A DNA stretch of 64,000 bases, taken from assembly GCA_048938105.1 (NCBI GenBank), contig JBHLMN010000001.1, positions 224,001 to 288,000 on the forward strand, read 5' to 3'. This document shows positions 58,507 to 64,000 of this stretch, in pieces. A program made the position numbers and the translations under genes. Below the pieces are notes generated by a model. It had not been told where the DNA came from, did not search any database, and saw nothing but the letters and a program-made list of their open reading frames with translations. Source of the stretch: Promethearchaeota archaeon (GTDB lineage Archaea > Asgardarchaeota > Heimdallarchaeia > Hodarchaeales > Hodarchaeaceae). Numbering within the stretch: position 1 is the stretch's first letter; every line of letters begins with the position of its first letter.

Positions 58507-61500
58507 CTACAGTTTGTTACCAGATTTAATTTCAATAAGTAATTTCATGACAAGAGCTAAATAAGAACGGATTGCTTTATTATGAGGATACGTTTCTTTG
58601 ATTTTCTTAGAAATTTCTTTATACTGTCGTGAGTTCTCCTCTTTACTCTCCGTCGGGGAATATCGAGGACGGAACATGCGTATAGCACGATGCCAATGGT
58701 TTAACTGCACAGAAACTTTCTTCCACTCATTTCTTTGCTCATCTATTTGTGGCAATAATTCTAAAATATATCTGAGATCATGAGAGGCTAAAAATTCCTC
58801 GCGGGCTTTGACTAATTTAGATAAAGGAAAAATACTATCAGATGCTTCCTTTGTATATCTCTTAAAGACTTCTTGAATATTAGAATAATATTCTAAACTC
58901 CCTAATCCAGTTTGTAGTGCAACATTTCGATCTCTTTCAATCTTCTTCATGATTTCGATAACAGATCCTCGTACAGATACCAGTTTGAGTATAGCTTGTG
59001 TTAATCGACTGACATGATTTGTTGTAGCAATTGCTTGAAATTGACTTAAATAGGCTAAATCAACCCGTTCATCTTGACGTAGGTCAATTTCATAATGAAT
59101 GAACAAATACTCAACTGCATCTTGTATTTCCGTGATATAACGTTTTCCCATGGATCTAATTTCACTACAAGCCTTTGCATCAGTCTGTAAGCGATCAATT
59201 TCTACAAAAACATCAGTTATTTCCCGTAATTGAACATCTTCTTGGTTTTTAACTATTACCTGGCTGAAAGTTTCAATATATCCCCCCACATACTCGATGA
59301 TATTGATCCCGACTTCTTTTAGATCATTAACATTTTTCAGGACGGTTCGTGATTCTTTTACACCTTGAGCTAGCAGAATTGCTACGATTTCTGTGTCATA
59401 TAAGAAGATAAGTTGTCGTAATTTATGTGCTAATCGCTCATGAGATACTTCATCAGCTTCAAAATCAGCAATTTTCCTTTCTGCCGCAAAAACAGTACCA
59501 TCGACAGGTGTGATTTCATTTATCCGTGGTAAACTTACTCTTAACCAATTATAGAGGTTTTGATGAAGTGTAGCTAAAGAATCCTTAGCCATTTGTAGGC
59601 TTTCTAAACTATAACTCTCAAAAACATTGACTAATCTCACAATATCTTTATGGGTTTTGATTTCAGCCATTTTTTCATTCATAAGTTCCAATGTTTCTGC
59701 AAAAAACATTGCATATTGACTAGGAAGCTTGGAATAATCTTGTATATGAGAGGAAATCTCCCGTTCCATATGTTCAGCTAGTGTTGAAGCTTTTCGTTCA
59801 ATAAATGCTCTTAATTGCCAAAATTCCGTCAGAGCTTCAGAATAATCAAGGTCATCAATTTCTCTATCAGTTGAATAGATTAAACTGCTTTTCCGAGATT
59901 TTAATAAGCGAAACAGTCTTTTATCGACTCCCTCAAGATTTGTTATCTGTTTTTTTAATTCGATAATTATTTCGTTCTTATTTTCTTCAATCGTTTCCAG
60001 GAAAGAAATATATTCTTTAATTACATCCCCGATATTTCCTGATTCAGAGTGTTCATCAATAGAACTCACTATTTGATTACGTTTTTCCCGTAGATCAAAC
60101 CGTGTCTCTATAGGAATCAATGGAAATGGAATCGACTTTAAATTTTCACGGATCCGCGAAGATATCTTGTACTTCCACACTTGAATCTTTTCATACTCAT
60201 CCAGAAGTTCTTGAATACTCTTTTGAGCTGCTGCGCTAGCTTCATCTCGAAATGCTTTCAAATCCTCAACTTCAAGAATAGGAACATGAGCTTTTAATTT
60301 AGGAGGAATTGTTTCTAGATTTGTGAGCTGATTGTAGATTGGATGTATTTCATTATCCATTCTGTTCCAGAGTTCAGTTTTAATATTGGTATTAAGGTGA
60401 TGCAGGACTTCAATTTCATGAACTAAGTCTCGAATATCTATCTCTTCTGCAATTTTTTGTTTCCTTTGATACTCAATTTGATCTTTCAGTTCTTCTGATA
60501 AAATATTCCGCAAGCTTTCACGAGAATCATATAGATTCAGCAAATTTTGTCTAAGATTTTGTTGAGCAGGTCTTGAAAAGTAAGCAACCAGACGGGTCTC
60601 CCAATCCTTTATTTCTCGGGCTTTATTACTTAATTCACTCGGAGTTAATATTTCAAAATCGCGAATGGTTGGTATTTGAGGCCCCTCAACTAAATTTATC
60701 ACTTCTTGGATGTGAGGATTCTCTAATAGTCTGAAAAAATAATTTTGACACTCTTCAGCTAAAGTTGATTTTAATTCATGATAACTTTTCGCTAGTTCTA
60801 CCCATTCTTGAAGATCTTTTCCTTTTGCTGCGTCTTTCTCAAGTTTTCGTACATCTTTAGTAAAATCAGGAGGAACTGGTATCTTCATTGCACGAATAGC
60901 TTTAGAAGCATTAATCAATTCTGATGTACTGATCATTTTCTTTGTCGTAATAATCTGCTGTTGGCGCCAAGAACGAATTTTCTCAATGTCTTGAATGATG
61001 GTAGGTATACTCGTAGAAGAAACATCAGTTTCTGGAACTGGTGAAAAAGAAGATTCCAATCCTTCTCTCCCTGTTATCTGTAGAATCCGTCCGATTTGAT
61101 CTTCTGTTTCGGTTTTTAATGAAATTTCATATGTTCTAAGTGCATTAATGAACTCATTACTAAGTGAGTTTAACCTCTTTTCCAATCCAATAAGGGTTTC
61201 AACTGAAGTTGTTTTCTCTGTACTACTTTGAATATCTTGTATTTCCTCTTTCAAAGCATCTATTTTTGCCCAAAGATCCAAACCAATTGAAGCAACCGTA
61301 TCAATATGTTGTTGTAATTCAGAAGACATTTGAATTATTGCAAGTTGAATTTTACCTTCTGTACCTTTTCTGCGTTGTTTTAAATACGCATTTTCAGCTT
61401 CTAACTGATTATAAACTTCTAGTAAATCAGGAATAGCCATAACATGAATACTAGTTTTAGTTGTCTGATTTGTGATTCGTATCTTTTCTTCATCAAAATT

Positions 61501-62019
61501 AACAAATTTTCCATAGAGCTCAATAATCTCACGATTAAATAATAGTATAGAAACGTTTTTTCCTCGTAAAACCTCAGATATCTGATTATACGTTCTAAGC
61601 ACTTTTGAACTAAATTTCACGATTTCATTGACATTAAAACTGGGAATTTGAAGTTTGCGAATAGTTTCTGTCTCTTGAGGGATAAATTTGGCAATTTCCT
61701 TGATGTTATTTGCCAGGTCAAAGTAAATCTTACGAAATCCAACTAAAAGGGTGTTTAACAAATCCTCAGAGAGCTTACTAAATTTCTCTTTGTTTTGAGT
61801 AAGAGCCTTTTTCATTCCCCTTTTTTTGAAGAATCCCGCTTTAGGTAAGTCTTTTTCTAGTTTTTCAACTTCTATCACTATTTTTTGTGCTTCGTTCAAA
61901 GTGGAGATAACTTGCACTGTTGGGTCAATTGATCGTAATTCAGTCACTAAATCTCGTATCTTATGAAGAACTTCCTTTGAAAGGAGTTCTCCTTCTTCTG
62001 GTATCATATTGGCTAGCAT
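58507..62019 (-). CDS. 1170-aa alpha-helical/coiled-coil protein
   Basis: E/K/L/I-rich helical segments broken by short Pro linkers; no Walker motifs or TM seen; ends 46 bp before the tubulin-like gene. Confidence 0.8.
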   Translation of the reverse strand: MLANMIPEEGELLSKEVLHKIRDLVTELRSIDPTVQVISTLNEAQKIVIEVEKLEKDLPKAGFFKKRGMKKALTQNKEKFSKLSEDLLNTLLVGFRKIYFDLANNIKEIAKFIPQETETIRKLQIPSFNVNEIVKFSSKVLRTYNQISEVLRGKNVSILLFNREIIELYGKFVNFDEEKIRITNQTTKTSIHVMAIPDLLEVYNQLEAENAYLKQRRKGTEGKIQLAIIQMSSELQQHIDTVASIGLDLWAKIDALKEEIQDIQSSTEKTTSVETLIGLEKRLNSLSNEFINALRTYEISLKTETEDQIGRILQITGREGLESSFSPVPETDVSSTSIPTIIQDIEKIRSWRQQQIITTKKMISTSELINASKAIRAMKIPVPPDFTKDVRKLEKDAAKGKDLQEWVELAKSYHELKSTLAEECQNYFFRLLENPHIQEVINLVEGPQIPTIRDFEILTPSELSNKAREIKDWETRLVAYFSRPAQQNLRQNLLNLYDSRESLRNILSEELKDQIEYQRKQKIAEEIDIRDLVHEIEVLHHLNTNIKTELWNRMDNEIHPIYNQLTNLETIPPKLKAHVPILEVEDLKAFRDEASAAAQKSIQELLDEYEKIQVWKYKISSRIRENLKSIPFPLIPIETRFDLREKRNQIVSSIDEHSESGNIGDVIKEYISFLETIEENKNEIIIELKKQITNLEGVDKRLFRLLKSRKSSLIYSTDREIDDLDYSEALTEFWQLRAFIERKASTLAEHMEREISSHIQDYSKLPSQYAMFFAETLELMNEKMAEIKTHKDIVRLVNVFESYSLESLQMAKDSLATLHQNLYNWLRVSLPRINEITPVDGTVFAAERKIADFEADEVSHERLAHKLRQLIFLYDTEIVAILLAQGVKESRTVLKNVNDLKEVGINIIEYVGGYIETFSQVIVKNQEDVQLREITDVFVEIDRLQTDAKACSEIRSMGKRYITEIQDAVEYLFIHYEIDLRQDERVDLAYLSQFQAIATTNHVSRLTQAILKLVSVRGSVIEIMKKIERDRNVALQTGLGSLEYYSNIQEVFKRYTKEASDSIFPLSKLVKAREEFLASHDLRYILELLPQIDEQRNEWKKVSVQLNHWHRAIRMFRPRYSPTESKEENSRQYKEISKKIKETYPHNKAIRSYLALVMKLLIEIKSGNKL

Positions 62020-62189
62020 CCTACGTCATTGACACTATAATTTTCCTCTTTTTTAAATTAATCAAATTATAGTGTGCATCGTACGTCATTGAGGTGTAGT
62101 CTTTCTTCGGTACGACTTAAGGAGAGGGTTCTTTATATGTTTCAGTATTATACACACACTATAATTTTCCTCTTTTTTAAATTAATCAA
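62016..62189. repeat. Nested direct and inverted repeats upstream of the tubulin-like operon
   Basis: Exact 34-bp repeat ACACTATAATTTTCCTCTTTTTTAAATTAATCAA at 62032-62065 and 62156-62189. GCATC(C/G)TACGTCATTG at 62016-62031 and 62076-62091. 11-bp inverted repeat ACACTATAATT/AATTATAGTGT bounding 62032-62075. Confidence 0.9.
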
Positions 62190-62392
62190 TTAATTAAATA
62201 CTTTGTAGACCAAAAGAGCCTTTTTTTTCAATATCATTGGCTAAAACTTAGTGAAAGTCAAGCTAATTTATATAAATAAAGATAGAATTAATGAAAATAT
62301 GAAAAAAAAATACAAGTAATTATTTATAAGAAGGAAAAATAATTATTTTATAATAAGGCCAAATTATCTATTCATATCTGAAGGTTAGATGG

Positions 62393-63202
62393 TTGCTGAA
62401 CGCGTTGTTAATCTCAATAGGAAATGAGTTAGTTTCAGGGAAAACTATCAACACAAATGCAAATTATCTCGCGAAAAATCTCACAAATTTGGGTTTTATC
62501 GTAAAGAAAATCATTACTATTCCTGATGATCCAGAAATTGTACCAAATGAGATTTCACATGCTCTATCATCATGTGATTACCGACTCATTCTTATAACAG
62601 GAGGTTTAGGTCCGACTTGGGATGACTCAACAGCGCTTTTTCTTGCAAAAGCATTAGATGTTGCCACAGAACTTAACCCTGAAGCATTATCAATAGTTAC
62701 ACAGCGATATAAGACTTTATTTAATAATAAACTAGTAGAAACACCTGAAATTACTTCCAGTCGAGAAAAAATGGCTATTTTGCCAGAAGGCGCGGAATCT
62801 ATCAATAATCCAGTCGGAACCGCTCCTGGCATTTTTTTTAACCATATGGACTCAAATACATGGATTTTTTGTCTTCCTGGAGTACCCCGTGAAATGAAAG
62901 ATATGTATCTTTTAATTGAGTCGAAAATTATGGCTTTAATAAAAGCGGAGCATATAAGTTATTTTGAAACAGAATTTACATCATCGTTCACAGATGAATC
63001 TTTACTCGCCCCATTTTTAGCAAAAGTGCGTCAAAAGTATGATGTATGGATTAAATCACTCCCTGAAGCTTATCAAGAGGAAAAAAATATTCATTTAATC
63101 ATTTCAAAATCGGCAGATTCGGAAAAAAAAGCGAAGAAAGAAGTTCTAGAAGCAAAAGCATACCTCCATAAATTAATAGATTTTTCACGTAAAACAAAGT
63201 GA
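62393..63202 (+). CDS. cinA: Competence/damage-inducible protein A-like (MoCF-binding domain)
   Basis: SIGNELVSGKTINTNA, IPDD, TGGLGPTWDD, NPVGTAPG, LPGVPREM. Confidence 0.9.
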   Translation: MLNALLISIGNELVSGKTINTNANYLAKNLTNLGFIVKKIITIPDDPEIVPNEISHALSSCDYRLILITGGLGPTWDDSTALFLAKALDVATELNPEALSIVTQRYKTLFNNKLVETPEITSSREKMAILPEGAESINNPVGTAPGIFFNHMDSNTWIFCLPGVPREMKDMYLLIESKIMALIKAEHISYFETEFTSSFTDESLLAPFLAKVRQKYDVWIKSLPEAYQEEKNIHLIISKSADSEKKAKKEVLEAKAYLHKLIDFSRKTK

Positions 63203-63329
63203 TGTAATACGATAATCCACATAAGTAGAAAAATTATTAGGAATTGTTTGTTCATTTCATTATTGAAAAGAATCTCTTTCAAATTAAGATTAAATTAAAG
63301 AAAAATGGCACTGGAGAATTGTTTGTCAA

Positions 63330-64000
63330 ATGACTGACGATAATGATTCAAAATTACTTCTAAAAGTTGCAGAGGCGAACCAGGGTGATGTGGGCCGAGG
63401 CTTAGTTCGCATAGATTATTCTATCATGCGGGAAAATGGATTAGAAACAGGAGATATAATTGAGATTTCTAGTGAGAGAGCTGGGGGAAGAAAAACAGGT
63501 GCCTTGGTCATACCAGGAAGACGAGAAGATAGGGGGAAAAAAATCATTAGGATGGATGGGTTGATTAGAGGGAATGTAGGGACGAGTTTAGGTGAAACTG
63601 TTCGTATACGGCCGATTAAAAAACGAGAGGCAAAACGTATAACTATAGCTCCTGCAGAAGAACGTATTCGGCTTTTAGTCAGGTCTGAAATAATTCGTGA
63701 ACGCTTACAGAATCATCCAGTTTCACGTGGTGATTTACTGGTTATAACAGGACAAATCCGTAAGATCCCTCCCTCTGGAGGTTCCAGTGGGACAGGAATG
63801 GATGATTTTATATCTCGATTCTTTGGTGCATCCAGTCCTGTATCTTTGGGTGAGATTAAAGTAGTGGTCGTTGCAACGGACCCAGAAGGCATTGTAACTG
63901 TAGGAGATACAACAGAAGTCAATATAGTTGAAGAAGCTCCCAAAGACCTCCGAATGATGCCACGGGTGACATACGAAGATATCGGAGGATTATCAGAGGA
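63330..64000 (+). CDS. cdc48: CDC48/VCP (VAT) AAA ATPase, N-terminal part, truncated by the window end (absent from the ORF track)
   Basis: MTDDNDSKLLLKVAEANQGDVGRGLVRID...IIRMDGLIRGNVG...PRVTYEDIGGLSE. Confidence 0.93.
   Translation, partial: MTDDNDSKLLLKVAEANQGDVGRGLVRIDYSIMRENGLETGDIIEISSERAGGRKTGALVIPGRREDRGKKIIRMDGLIRGNVGTSLGETVRIRPIKKREAKRITIAPAEERIRLLVRSEIIRERLQNHPVSRGDLLVITGQIRKIPPSGGSSGTGMDDFISRFFGASSPVSLGEIKVVVVATDPEGIVTVGDTTEVNIVEEAPKDLRMMPRVTYEDIGGLSE

Noticed and set aside
58507-62019. SMC/Rad50 or dynamin annotation
   Set aside because: No Walker A/B, signature, hinge/hook or GTPase motifs are visible.
62016-62189. Mini-CRISPR interpretation of the repeats
   Set aside because: Only two copies of each repeat, nested rather than regularly interspaced, and no cas genes.
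63713-63943. 76-aa minus-strand ORF
   Set aside because: Antisense to the clearly recognisable cdc48.
1-64000. CRISPR array, tRNA or rRNA genes
   Set aside because: No regularly spaced repeats, cloverleaf/T-loop motifs or long GC-rich structural RNA tracts were recognised by eye. Short RNAs could have been missed.

Overview
AT-rich archaeal chromosomal segment. It is very probably from an Asgard archaeon of the Heimdallarchaeia/Hodarchaeales type. This is inferred from eukaryote-like primase subunits, a longin-like protein, a membrane RING protein, a PAC2 chaperone, Hef, Cdc48, a C-terminally anchored surface protein and many TTG/GTG starts. 1-16.3 kb: surface-glycan cluster (NTP-transferase/PLP fusion, two sulfotransferases, flippases, WecB, GT2/GT4, deacetylases, FkbH-like protein, ManC). 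17-30 kb: F420 biosynthesis genes (cofG/H, cofD, cofC), a priL-priS operon and an IS607 element whose TnpB has a rearranged, Fanzor-like RuvC. 31-34 kb: a free-standing LAGLIDADG gene between two diverged copies of the 5' end of a GT-C-like gene. 35-44 kb: Hef, a tubby/scramblase-like plus polyproline gene pair, and a module of two AAA-wHTH ATPases plus a nuclease. 45-54 kb: a surface protein, response regulators, PAC2 and a TM-RING E3. 55-62 kb: the best candidate for an undescribed system, a four-gene operon built around a divergent tubulin-superfamily GTPase with a eukaryotic-tubulin-like C-terminal H11-H12 region, next to a 1170-aa helical protein. The window ends inside cdc48. No rRNA, tRNA or CRISPR array was recognised. 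All calls come from motif recognition by eye; no searches were run.
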